Positions 42,180-51,895 of a DNA stretch of 64,000 nt are shown here, piece by piece (positions within the stretch are counted from its first letter, which is position 1; the number at the start of each line of letters is the position of its first letter). The DNA comes from an uncultured Bacteroidales bacterium (GTDB lineage: Bacteria > Bacteroidota > Bacteroidia > Bacteroidales > FEN-979), in NCBI GenBank assembly GCA_903887775.1, contig CAISRB010000016.1:10416-74415 (forward strand), written 5' to 3'. The position numbers were made by a program, and so were the translations under genes. The notes under the pieces were generated by a model that did no database searches, had not been told where the DNA came from, and saw nothing but the letters and a program-made list of their open reading frames with translations.

Positions 42180-43991
42180 TCATCTGGATTTTGGCTTCTT
42201 TCGCTTCTTCTTATCCTGGTCTTCAACCATCATTCGCCGGATCAGGTCAGTGCGCTTTACGCCAAGTTCTGCCGAGACATGATCGTACCATAAGCGTATC
42301 ATTTCCACATTGGTCCCCTCCCAGGTTTCATTATAAAAAAGCCGTATGCTGTCCTGGAGGTTAACTAATTCTTTTTCGTACAGATCCTTAAATTCGTTCC
42401 AGGATTTTTCGGAGCCGTATTTCATCGAATGAAAGCGGTTCACAATTTCCCGCCTTTTCAGTTCATACAGATCAAAAATAATGTTGATGACTGCTGTTGC
42501 CCTGTAACTCTGCCTTTCGCTCATAAAGGAAGCACGGGCATTGACGAGGGTTGCCGAACTTATATGAAGGCTGTCGTTGATGTCGACCGGATTGATCAGG
42601 ATGATACCCAGGATCTGGGATCCTCTTCTCTGATCTGTTTTTCCTGAAATCGCAGGGATGTAAGTGGTTTTTGATGCGGGAGGCGCAGTGCCAAGCTCGT
42701 AGAATTCGAGGTTCCGTTCTGATGTCCATGGGAGGTAAACCGACCTGACAAATTTGTTGAGGCCTGAGTTGTAGTTCAGAAGCACTCCGTTTGAGCGGAA
42801 AAAGTCCCTGAACCTTGATTGTTTCTTGCTTTCCGGCGTAACACCGGGATATATCCAGAATATCGAATCATAAGGAATACTCATGATCCTCTGGTAATCA
42901 TTCGGCTGGTCGCCCGGGTATCCCAGGGAATTCAGGTAAGGTTTGTTGTAATCGTAAAAGATGAGTTCTGCATTTGCTGATAGCCGTGTGGTGAGGTTGT
43001 CAGTCTGTTCTATATAAAGCAAGGAATAATCGAGCGACATCCTCGATATTTTTGGGTTCTTGTTATCGGTATTGTCAAAGCTTACCAGCCATGACAGGTT
43101 CACCGAATCAACCCTGTCACCGTGGACCTGGGCACGGAGATAGTAAAAATCAAGGTTCCTGGCCGAATACTCTATCTTTTCGATCGTGTTATCGTGTTCA
43201 TTCAGGTACACTGTGCTTTCAAAGAGCTTAACGCTGTCCCCCTTCGGAACAAGCCGCAGAACATAATTTACATTGCTGCCCTCTCCGGAATGTTTTACCA
43301 GGTTAACATAATAAAGTTGTTTAAAGTGGTGATAACTCAGGTTCCCGGCCGACAGAGGAATGGTGTAATGGCCTCCGTTCGTGAACGGAAGCAGGTGTTT
43401 AAGGATATCGGTTGTGTTCAGGCTCCAAAAATTTCTCAGGGTTAAACCAATCCTTCCATTCTTTGGCGTGAGCTGGCTGATCCCGTCGCCGCAGGAAACC
43501 GAGGCGTTGCAGTATGCTTCAATGATTTCAAGGGGCTCATAATTACATTCGCTCAGGAATGAGAAGTATGCCTTCGAATATATCTTTTCATCGGTTTTGC
43601 GGTATTTCTGGCAGATATCATAGACCATGCGGTACAGGTAATCGGGCTGACCTTTCGCTACGATATTTACTTCTTTCAGGTCATATATCATTGGTTTCAG
43701 GCCTATATTGGATGTGTCCCTGAGTGACCTTATGAGGATCTTCCTGCTTTGATAACCCACGCAGGAAACCATTACAGTATCTGTCTTCATGAAAACACCG
43801 GCAGGAAGGTAGTAGCGGCCATCCTCATTGGCAATCATCCCGCCATCCTTCCCGACGAGCCTCAGGGTGGCAAAGGGAACGGGACCACCGGTCTTAGTAT
43901 CATATACCAATCCCTTATATGCCTGCTGCGACAATGCCGTCAGTGAACAAACAAGAAGAAAATATATTACACAATACCGTACTAACAGCAT
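42180..43991 (-). CDS. Exported protein with N-terminal carboxypeptidase-regulatory-like domain
   Basis: Signal peptide; G.V.D..TG.PVPFAT...G.IANEDG.Y, SCVGY and L.EV.I. Confidence 0.7.
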   Translation of the reverse strand: MLLVRYCVIYFLLVCSLTALSQQAYKGLVYDTKTGGPVPFATLRLVGKDGGMIANEDGRYYLPAGVFMKTDTVMVSCVGYQSRKILIRSLRDTSNIGLKPMIYDLKEVNIVAKGQPDYLYRMVYDICQKYRKTDEKIYSKAYFSFLSECNYEPLEIIEAYCNASVSCGDGISQLTPKNGRIGLTLRNFWSLNTTDILKHLLPFTNGGHYTIPLSAGNLSYHHFKQLYYVNLVKHSGEGSNVNYVLRLVPKGDSVKLFESTVYLNEHDNTIEKIEYSARNLDFYYLRAQVHGDRVDSVNLSWLVSFDNTDNKNPKISRMSLDYSLLYIEQTDNLTTRLSANAELIFYDYNKPYLNSLGYPGDQPNDYQRIMSIPYDSIFWIYPGVTPESKKQSRFRDFFRSNGVLLNYNSGLNKFVRSVYLPWTSERNLEFYELGTAPPASKTTYIPAISGKTDQRRGSQILGIILINPVDINDSLHISSATLVNARASFMSERQSYRATAVINIIFDLYELKRREIVNRFHSMKYGSEKSWNEFKDLYEKELVNLQDSIRLFYNETWEGTNVEMIRLWYDHVSAELGVKRTDLIRRMMVEDQDKKKRKKPKSR

Positions 43992-44015
43992 TTGGCTGAT
44001 TTGGTCAGGGCCTGT

Positions 44016-44699
44016 TTACATCCCTCCCCCGAACATGCTTTTAAGCTCTTCCTGGGTCATGAGTTTGTAATCCGCTGGAATTTCGAAGGCACTGTCGGCT
44101 ATTGCCTTTTTCTCAACCTTCGATACTGAGTATTTCATCGTGATCGACCGCTCCTGGAGAGTAAATTCCATAAGAATACCGTCAATATCACTGTAAACGG
44201 GGTTTCCGAAATTACTTTCTTTTCCTCCAAGTTCGTTGGTATACCATACCTCCAAAGAGCTCTTATTCCCGTTCTTCTCCAGGGTAATGATCGCTTTCTT
44301 ACATTTATAACCCGCAATTTCCTTTGTCTCATTGGTAATCTGGACAGAGGGTTTGGGTCCTTTGTCGATGTGTTTCGTGATTTCGTCAAGGGTTTTTTTG
44401 ATCGCAATTTTTTTCCCCATCATATCAAGAAGGGTCACATTGAACTTTTTTTCATAATTGGTGATCTCAACCACATTACCCATGGCCGATGATGACTCGT
44501 TACATGTATTTGTCCCTTTTATCGAGAGTGTAGATGCCTTCGGAAACATTGCAAGCTGTTCTTCAGGCAGAGTGCTGTTGGGAATACTAATAGTATAATG
44601 AATTACTCCTTCAAATTTTCCTCCACCTGCTGTGGCAAGGATTGGCGTGATGAGGCCGATTATAAAGATTAAAAAAAATAGAGCAGCTGTTTTTTTCAT
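44016..44699 (-). CDS. Exported DUF4412/GLPGLI-like protein
   Basis: FEGVI.Y, T.ETKEIAGYKCKKA, VWYT and FEIPADY motifs. Confidence 0.7.
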   Translation of the reverse strand: MKKTAALFFLIFIIGLITPILATAGGGKFEGVIHYTISIPNSTLPEEQLAMFPKASTLSIKGTNTCNESSSAMGNVVEITNYEKKFNVTLLDMMGKKIAIKKTLDEITKHIDKGPKPSVQITNETKEIAGYKCKKAIITLEKNGNKSSLEVWYTNELGGKESNFGNPVYSDIDGILMEFTLQERSITMKYSVSKVEKKAIADSAFEIPADYKLMTQEELKSMFGGGM

Positions 44700-44843
44700 G
44701 TTTGTGGTTTTACGGTTTTGAGCAGATAAATTTATGGATTAATTCGGAATATTGAACAAAGCTTCTGATTTGGCATTTCACAAAGGCGGAATTATTTGCA
44801 GGGATGGTTTTTATTATGCATTTCCGGAATGAGTTTCAGAGGA

Positions 44844-45569
44844 TCATGACCGGATCCGCCCGAGGGGGCAAGCCGAAACACAAATTCCGCAAATCCGGAT
44901 TTCCTTTTTAAAAAGATCCATCCCGAACCTGCCGCATTGTTCCCTGCATTTTTGTGCATCAAAAAAGAGGTCACGGTCGGTATGGATATCCCACAACCTT
45001 CCGTTTGCGGCATGGGCCGGGCATTTATCAGCGCAAACATCACAGGTCCCGCAGCGGCTTTTGTCAATCGGTCTGTTGCCCGGATTACTGTTTTGTTCAA
45101 TGAGGATACTTGCGAGCCTGAGGCGGGGGCCGAAGGTTTTCGAGACAAACAGGTCAGTCTTCCCAATCCATCCTAAGCCGGCCCTGGTTGCCACCATTTT
45201 ATGAGAAAGCTTATACCTCAGGTCTTTAAGGTAGGGTTTGAATTCCTTACTGTTCATAACCACAGTCGGGGAAACTTTTATGCAGTTGACCTTATTTTTT
45301 CTCAAATCACGGCAGATGGCATCAATGATCTGCTCAAGCGCCAGGTTCATTTCCCTGTAATGCTCATAGTACTCCCGGGTGGGGCCGTGCTCAATAGAAT
45401 CCAGGATTGTGTCATCCAGTTTTTTTCCTATTGATATGCCGGAAGAAAATTCCCTGAACTCCGGGATAAGCAAGCCACGGAGATCGGCAAAACCGTATAT
45501 AAAATGATTGGAAGGGAGCAGGTGTTTCTTTACAATCTGCTCAATATCGGTTTGAGAAAGACTTCCCAT
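44844..45569 (-). CDS. QueG/epoxyqueuosine-reductase-like double 4Fe-4S protein
   Basis: SHKMVATRAGLGWIGK, FGPRLRL, CxxCxxCxxxCP and C..C...CGICVSACP motifs. Confidence 0.75.
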   Translation of the reverse strand: MGSLSQTDIEQIVKKHLLPSNHFIYGFADLRGLLIPEFREFSSGISIGKKLDDTILDSIEHGPTREYYEHYREMNLALEQIIDAICRDLRKNKVNCIKVSPTVVMNSKEFKPYLKDLRYKLSHKMVATRAGLGWIGKTDLFVSKTFGPRLRLASILIEQNSNPGNRPIDKSRCGTCDVCADKCPAHAANGRLWDIHTDRDLFFDAQKCREQCGRFGMDLFKKEIRICGICVSACPLGRIRS

Positions 45570-45592
45570 AACATCGAGATTCAGGCCGGTGA

Positions 45593-45886
45593 TTATTTCC
45601 TTCCCAGCCTGTTCCCTCCAAGGATGCCCCAGCCACCGCCTCCGAGAATAAAGCCGAATGCATACCAGGCGCCGTTATTGTTTTGGGCGAACACGGTTAC
45701 GTCGTCATAGATAAGCATCCCGACCAGGTCAAAGGGAGAGATCAGGCCATGCCATAAACCGCCCCAGAAGCCATAAGTATGACCCTGCAGGCAGTGTGTC
45801 ACGATCTCCCGGTGAGCGCATCCGGTGAATAATAACAGGACCATGACTGAAAGACCCAGCAGTCCGAAAAAAAATTTAACTTTCAT
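45593..45886 (-). CDS. Small membrane lipoprotein
   Basis: Lipobox FTGC; YGFWGGLWHG and NNNG.WY.FGF motifs. Confidence 0.7.
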   Translation of the reverse strand: MKVKFFFGLLGLSVMVLLLFTGCAHREIVTHCLQGHTYGFWGGLWHGLISPFDLVGMLIYDDVTVFAQNNNGAWYAFGFILGGGGWGILGGNRLGRK

Positions 45887-45889
45887 AGG

Positions 45890-46561
45890 TTATAATTTTG
45901 AAATGATGTTAATATCAGCGCATTCAAGATGTTTCTTTTCATAGCCTTTCAAAGCTACATTGATCATCGCTTTCCCAACCCTGACAGTATCGGTGGCAAA
46001 TTTCGGCCAGGCACGGATTATTGGAAAAAACGGTCTGAGGATCATGTACATGACGTTGTAAAGTCTCGTAGCGGATTCGATGCCCTTTAAAGGTTCAATA
46101 AATCCGGGCCTGAACATATATGAGGCTTTAAAAGGCAGGGCCAGCAAAGCATTCTCGGTGCGTCCTTTCACCCTGGCCCACATTATGCTTCCTTTTTCTG
46201 AAGAATCAGTGCCGGTTCCGGAAACATAGCAAAACACCGAACCGGGGTTCTGTGAAATGAAGGTCTTTGCAAAGGTAAGCGTCAGCCCATAGGTCAGACG
46301 GGTGTATTCCTGTTCCTTCATGCCCGCCGAGGAAACCCCGAGACAGAAGAAACAACAATCATATCCTTGCATTTCTGCAGCAACAGGCGACAGGTCAAAA
46401 AAGTCTTGATGCAGGACTTCCCTGAGTTTAGGGTGCTGCAAGCCCAAAGGCTTGCGGTTAATCACCAGAACCGATTCGACATCAGGGCTGTCGAGGCATT
46501 CGAGCAGGACACCTTTACCAACCATACCGGTTGTTCCCGTGATAACAGGTTTTATCTTCAT
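45890..46561 (-). CDS. NAD(P)-binding atypical SDR / epimerase family protein
   Basis: ITGTTGMVGKG, CFFCLGVSS, WARVKG.TEN and FRPGFI motifs. Confidence 0.82.
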   Translation of the reverse strand: MKIKPVITGTTGMVGKGVLLECLDSPDVESVLVINRKPLGLQHPKLREVLHQDFFDLSPVAAEMQGYDCCFFCLGVSSAGMKEQEYTRLTYGLTLTFAKTFISQNPGSVFCYVSGTGTDSSEKGSIMWARVKGRTENALLALPFKASYMFRPGFIEPLKGIESATRLYNVMYMILRPFFPIIRAWPKFATDTVRVGKAMINVALKGYEKKHLECADINIISKL

Positions 46562-47237
46562 TCGCTAATGTATTATGATTGATGCGTGAAAAATACTTCT
46601 CAATGGCAGCGTCATCGAATCCATAGTCGCTATTAAGGCATTTTTGATATAAATACTCCACGGTAATTATCGAATTGCCCATGGGTAAAAGGTTCTCTTC
46701 ATAGAACCTTTTACTGCGTTCAATATTCTGTTTTTTATACAGATTATATAAACTGTCACTTTCTTTCATGTTACCGGCTTCACCTGCCCTGACCACCTTC
46801 GCGTAAAGTGAATCAAGCCCTTTATAATACGGCCAGGATTTATGGTTCAGGCTGTCGGCTTCGATATTGAGCCTGCCTTTTAAAAACTTGAACATGCCCA
46901 GGGAGTCAGGCAGGGCTGTCAATTCAACCTCTTTTTCGAGGAATACCTGAAATATCTTTGTTATACCATCACTATCAAGTAAATCCTCCTCGTAGGAAAT
47001 AATCGCTTTTTCACAGGTCGGGTTAGTACCGCTGAATTCGAATTTTCCGTCTTTTATTTCTACTATTTGCCGGTTTGCCTCATCCTGGCTGGGGATCCTC
47101 AAAGAAAGCTTTTGCCCGTCTTTTCCTGTTACCTGGCCCGATATATGATAAGTGACAGCCTGGTTTGTATGGGCAGTAAGCCCAATTGCTAAAAATAGCA
47201 TTACTACAGTGAATGCAATGGCAGGATGTGACTTCAT
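46515..47237 (-). pseudogene. DUF4369-type N-terminal domain protein, apparently C-terminally truncated (thioredoxin domain missing)
   Basis: Signal peptide, Y.ISG.V.G..G...L and IKDGKFEFSG. No CxxC domain; the frame runs 47 bp into the next gene. TAACTTTG box at 47243-47250. Confidence 0.5.
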
Positions 47238-47296
47238 AAACACAAAGTTAAAAAACAGGATGTTGATCTCAATAACAAATTTAGTATAAAAAACTA

Positions 47297-48520
47297 TTAA
47301 AATGAACCCTTCAGCCTTAAGAAGACCGAAGTCTGGCATGAGCTCATCAGGGCCCGGTCATAGGTCTGAAAAGACTGTGCAATCAGCGAAAGGTCAAGGT
47401 TGTTCATGAGGGAAAAAGTAAAGGTGGGGATGATAAAGTACATTTTATTGGTTGGATTGTAAATGCCAGCCAGGGCTATGCTGATCAGGGGCGTAACAGG
47501 GTAGGAGATGTTGCCGAACATCGAAAAGCCGGTCAGGAAGGGATTCTTCGCATTCAAAAGTGCGGGATTGAACTGGTTGATCAGGACATTGGTTGAATTT
47601 GTATGGTTGGAGTTGTAAAACCCTTCAAACTGTAAAAAGATGGAATTCCTGAACGTATAATCATATTCGATCGAAGAAAGGAATACTCCTGTAGTGTCCC
47701 CGAAATGTTTGAGTGGCTGGAACCAGCTCATCTCTCCTTTAAAACCTCCCCCTGCGATCTGGCCTGCCCATCCAAGGCCCAATACCAGGTCACTCTGGGT
47801 ATAAATCCCGGCTAATCCCTGGAAATCGTATTTCCAGCGATTGAAACGATAAAGTCCTGCAGCCGTGATCTTTTGATCCTTGTCGGCTTTGACGGCAATT
47901 TCGGCCCTGGAAGAAGGGCTTGTGAAATACTGCAGCCTCACAGCATCGCTTCCCGGCTTTTCTTCATAGTCAAAATCAAAATATGAATAAGTATTGAAAA
48001 TATCGTTCGGATTCCATACGAAAGTCTGGCTCCAGTTGATCCTTTGTCTCCCTAAAGTGACCTCGAAATTATTCTTCGTATAATCGAGCCAGATCCTGTC
48101 AATTGCAACATTCAGAATATAGGATTTGCCCGAAAAAACATTCCAGGTCATATTTACAAGGCCATTGTCATAGGCAATGAAATCAGCATACTGCGGGCTT
48201 ATTGCCATAAAATCGCCCCAGTAAAAGCGGTTCCTTTCCTGCAGGCAGAAAGTAAAACTTTTTGAAATATTCCATTTGAAATTGTTACGGTTGTGGATGA
48301 GGTTATCGGTTACCCAGGGTTCGTCGATCTTATGAATGACAACAGTTTGCATGTCTTTCACATAGCCGTTGAATGACCAGCTCTTTTCTTTCTTTTCAAC
48401 GGCTGAATCCTGGGCATTAGCACCGACAGCAAAAAAAAGCAGGAAAACAACAAAGCCAGGCAGGCTCATATTGTTCCCGGGAAGCGCCGTATATAACCGC
48501 CGAAGAAGAAGTTTAAACAT
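47297..48520 (-). CDS. Outer-membrane beta-barrel protein
   Basis: Signal peptide, DRIWLDY, GRQRINW, PNDIFN, E.PGSDA and a terminal LKGSF. Confidence 0.72.
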   Translation of the reverse strand: MFKLLLRRLYTALPGNNMSLPGFVVFLLFFAVGANAQDSAVEKKEKSWSFNGYVKDMQTVVIHKIDEPWVTDNLIHNRNNFKWNISKSFTFCLQERNRFYWGDFMAISPQYADFIAYDNGLVNMTWNVFSGKSYILNVAIDRIWLDYTKNNFEVTLGRQRINWSQTFVWNPNDIFNTYSYFDFDYEEKPGSDAVRLQYFTSPSSRAEIAVKADKDQKITAAGLYRFNRWKYDFQGLAGIYTQSDLVLGLGWAGQIAGGGFKGEMSWFQPLKHFGDTTGVFLSSIEYDYTFRNSIFLQFEGFYNSNHTNSTNVLINQFNPALLNAKNPFLTGFSMFGNISYPVTPLISIALAGIYNPTNKMYFIIPTFTFSLMNNLDLSLIAQSFQTYDRALMSSCQTSVFLRLKGSF

Positions 48521-48531
48521 AAAATGAATAC

Positions 48532-49218
48532 CTAATTCTTTGAAATATCCGAAACGATCTTCCCGTCCTCGAGTGTTACAACCCTCCTGGCCTTGGCTAC
48601 GACCCTTGAATCATGGGTTGAGAAAATGAATGTAATGTTTTCCTCCCTGTTCAGTTTTTCCATGATCTCAAGGAGGTTTTCTGCGGATTTCGAATCGAGG
48701 TTGGCTGTAGGTTCATCGGCCAGGATGAACCTGGGCTTCGAAGCCAGGGCCCTGGCTACGGCGACTCTCTGCTGCTGCCCGCCCGAAAGCTTAGCCGGCC
48801 GGGTATTGATCTTTTCTTGAAGTCCAACCGATTGCATAAGTTCCAGCGTCCGTTTATCTCTCAGATCTTTTTTTACCCCCTGCAGCTGCATGATGAATTC
48901 AACGTTTTCTTTTGCAGTTAGTACAGGGATGAGGTTGAATGACTGGAAGACAAAGCCGATATTTCTAAGCCTGAAATCGATGAGCTGCCTCGATTTAAGA
49001 GAGGTGATATCGGTATTTGCAATCCTGATCTCGCCCGAGCTGGGGCTGTCGAGCCCTCCGAGGAGGTTCAGCATCGTGGTCTTGCCCGATCCCGAAGGCC
49101 CTACGATACAGGTGAATTCGCCCTGTTTAAAGGAAAGGTCCACGCCATTGAGTGCGTAAACCGGCATCGTCTTTTCGTCGTATACCTTGCTCAGATTCCT
49201 GATCTCGATGATGTTCAT
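48532..49218 (-). CDS. ABC transporter ATP-binding protein (LolD/MacB-like)
   Basis: GPSGSGKTT, LSGGQQQRVAVARAL, DEPTANLD and STHD motifs. Confidence 0.93.
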   Translation of the reverse strand: MNIIEIRNLSKVYDEKTMPVYALNGVDLSFKQGEFTCIVGPSGSGKTTMLNLLGGLDSPSSGEIRIANTDITSLKSRQLIDFRLRNIGFVFQSFNLIPVLTAKENVEFIMQLQGVKKDLRDKRTLELMQSVGLQEKINTRPAKLSGGQQQRVAVARALASKPRFILADEPTANLDSKSAENLLEIMEKLNREENITFIFSTHDSRVVAKARRVVTLEDGKIVSDISKN

Positions 49219-49253
49219 TTTGTGAATTTTAAAATATTATTATCCGACAATTT

Positions 49254-49447
49254 TTAAGCCATGAGCCATGAGGCATTAAATTTCGCTTCTCGCTTCTCGC
49301 TTCTCGCTTTTATTCGCACCAATTGCTTATTTCATTTGTGTGCTCATTTTGGCTTCGCCAAACGCTTTTCGCTTTTCGCTTTTCGCTTCTCGCTTTTCGC
49401 TTTTCGCTTCTCGCTTTTCGCTTTTCGCTTCTCGCTTTTCGCTACCT
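49254..49447 (-). repeat. Composite intergenic element, copy 2: AGGTAGCG, about 10 GARAAGC heptamers, 64-bp core (49304-49367), heptamer tail, adjacent ATGAGCC units
   Basis: The core is the exact reverse complement of 16349-16412. The element sits between the permease and ATPase genes. Confidence 0.93.
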
Positions 49448-50666
49448 ATTCTATCCTTATCGCTTCCACAGGTTTCAGCTGTAAAGCCTTGCGCGCCGGA
49501 AAAATGGCCGAAAGCAGTCCGGTGGAAAGTATCATTATAGTTAAGTTTATATAAAATTCCCTCGTGATGAAGGGGTATATCTTTGAGTCGACCCCGTACG
49601 CTGCGAGTCCCTGGGACATGGCCGAGAGGTCTATCCCGAAACGGTGCAGCACAGCGATCAGCACAGCGCCCAGCACCATACCGATTACACCCCCTATGAG
49701 TGTCAGGAAGACTGTTTCGAGCATGATCATGCGGAAGACCCTTGACTTGCTCATCCCTACCGCCATCAGCATTCCGAGCTCCCTCGTCCGCTCGAAAACT
49801 ATCATCAGCATGGTATTGACAATGCCGAAGGCCAGTGCGAACAGGATGATCCCAAGGATCACATAGATCTCCACGGCGATAACGGAAGTAAGCAGTCCCA
49901 TCTCGGGTTTGATCTCCATCCAGTTCTGCACCACGGTTGCCGGCAAAAGTTTTTTCAGGCGGGATTGCATCAGGGGTATACTCCCTATGTCGTTCAGCAG
50001 CACTGCAATTTCGTGAATCCCGCTGTCACCGCCTGTGATGGCATCCAGGTCGGTTTTCTTTACAAAGACAGTAGTTTCGTCGAAAACCGAGTTGGAAGAA
50101 CCGAAGATCCCGCCAATGCTGAACGCCGCTTCATTCAGATTCCCGTCGGTGCCCTGGAACCTCAAAACGATCTTCGATTTCAGCCTTACTTTCAGTTTTT
50201 CGGCCAGTTTATACCCGATCATCACCTGGTGTTTACGGCTGCCAATGAACCAGCCCCCGCTGCTGTCGGGGATGAGTTTATACAGGTTGGTCACCTTTTT
50301 TTCACTATCGGGATAAACTCCCATGATCTGAACCCCTGCAGCCGAATTCGGTGAAGCCGCCATTCCTGTGAGGCGGGTCCTTCCACACACAGACTTTACT
50401 CCCTGCATTCCTGAAATTTTTTGCATCAACTCAGCTGGCCCTGCGATCACGAAACGGGCCTCGTAATTTTTCAGGAAAGAGGGGTCGTGCAGCTGTATAT
50501 GCGAGAGCTCGGTGTTGATCACTGATCTCACCTTCTGGTCAATCATGCCTGTCATAACCGCGGCAGCCATAAGTCCGCCGGCAAGCCCCAGCGTAACAGC
50601 AGTGATCACGATAAGGCTCCTGACCTTGTTCCTCCAGATGTTCCTGAATGCAATTCGAAAGATCAT
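49446..50666 (-). CDS. ABC transporter permease (LolC/E, FtsX domain)
   Basis: AFRNIWRNK.RS, ERTRELGML.AVGM and PARKAL.LKPVEAIR motifs. Confidence 0.9.
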   Translation of the reverse strand: MIFRIAFRNIWRNKVRSLIVITAVTLGLAGGLMAAAVMTGMIDQKVRSVINTELSHIQLHDPSFLKNYEARFVIAGPAELMQKISGMQGVKSVCGRTRLTGMAASPNSAAGVQIMGVYPDSEKKVTNLYKLIPDSSGGWFIGSRKHQVMIGYKLAEKLKVRLKSKIVLRFQGTDGNLNEAAFSIGGIFGSSNSVFDETTVFVKKTDLDAITGGDSGIHEIAVLLNDIGSIPLMQSRLKKLLPATVVQNWMEIKPEMGLLTSVIAVEIYVILGIILFALAFGIVNTMLMIVFERTRELGMLMAVGMSKSRVFRMIMLETVFLTLIGGVIGMVLGAVLIAVLHRFGIDLSAMSQGLAAYGVDSKIYPFITREFYINLTIMILSTGLLSAIFPARKALQLKPVEAIRIE

Positions 50667-50673
50667 ACGTTGA

Positions 50674-51894
50674 TTATTTGTGAAGGGCTTCGGCCACTTT
50701 CAGCCTGAGCACCCTGCGCACAGGGAAGATGCAGGTTAAGAGGACAATGACAAGCACAGTAGCGACATTGTAAATTATAAAGCCTGGTTTCAGCGCAAGC
50801 GGGAGTAACGGTTCAATGCCATAGGCAATATAGGTCTGGGCCATGCTTCCCCAAAGGTGGATGGGGTTGAAATGGTACCATGCCATGATGGGAACAGCCC
50901 CGGCCACGCCGCTCATAGCTCCGGTGAGGCCTATGAAGACCATCTCCAGCACGAGTATCTTTGCCAGCCGGGTTTTCTGCATCCCCACCGAAACGATCAC
51001 ACCGAATTCTTTTATCCTTTCGTTGGTCATCATGATCACAGTGCCGAAGATACCGAAACCCACTATCATATAAAGTATTGAAATGATGATCATCCCGCTG
51101 GCAGTTTTGACCTTGAGCTGTTGCATAACCTCCACCATCAGTTCGTCCCAGGGCATGACATCGAACTTATCAAGGTTTACGGCCGATTTCAGTTCACCAA
51201 GGGTCTGGCCTATTTCATCGGGGTTCTTCAGGCTGATTGAAAGGGAAGTAACCCTGTTGTCGGCGCTGAAGAAATCCTGGGCCGAAGGCAGGTTCATATA
51301 CGCCACCTGGTTGTCGAGCACGGGGGAAGGGAGGTGAAGAATCCCCCTCACGGGGAACTTTCCGGCGGCGCTCACACCATGGAAACCCTGGCCGATAAGG
51401 ATCAGGGTGTCGCCGGTATGCAGGCCGAGAAATCCTGCCAATCCCTGTGCCAGCAAGACGCCTCTGCCCGACTGATCAAGGTAAAGCCCGCTGAGCATTT
51501 TTGACTTCAGGTGGGTAAGTGTATTTTCCTTCAGAGGGTCGGTGCCTATGATCATCACACCTTTCGTCTGTATGCCCGTGGAAGCAAGAGCAAAATATTC
51601 CAGCCTGGGTACGGTAACCAGGATATTTTTTGTGTTGTTCACGACCCCTGCCATCGAATCGTTGTAAAGCATCGTATTGTCGATGGTTTTGTCGTCCCAG
51701 TAGCCTTTTTTATGTATCTGCATATGGCCCGTATGTGATTCGATAGCAACCTGGATGAGATTGTCGAAGAGTCCCATTTGCAGCGAACGCACCATCAGCG
51801 CCAGGAATACTGCGAGGAAGATCGAAGCGGCCGTGAGCAGGGTCCTCCGCTTGTTCCTCCATATGTTGCGCCATGCGAGCCTGAGATCACCCAT
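50674..51894 (-). CDS. ABC transporter permease (LolC/E, FtsX domain)
   Basis: AWRNIWRNKRRT and ER.KEFG...SVGM motifs. Confidence 0.9.
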   Translation of the reverse strand: MGDLRLAWRNIWRNKRRTLLTAASIFLAVFLALMVRSLQMGLFDNLIQVAIESHTGHMQIHKKGYWDDKTIDNTMLYNDSMAGVVNNTKNILVTVPRLEYFALASTGIQTKGVMIIGTDPLKENTLTHLKSKMLSGLYLDQSGRGVLLAQGLAGFLGLHTGDTLILIGQGFHGVSAAGKFPVRGILHLPSPVLDNQVAYMNLPSAQDFFSADNRVTSLSISLKNPDEIGQTLGELKSAVNLDKFDVMPWDELMVEVMQQLKVKTASGMIIISILYMIVGFGIFGTVIMMTNERIKEFGVIVSVGMQKTRLAKILVLEMVFIGLTGAMSGVAGAVPIMAWYHFNPIHLWGSMAQTYIAYGIEPLLPLALKPGFIIYNVATVLVIVLLTCIFPVRRVLRLKVAEALHK

Positions 51895-51895
51895 G

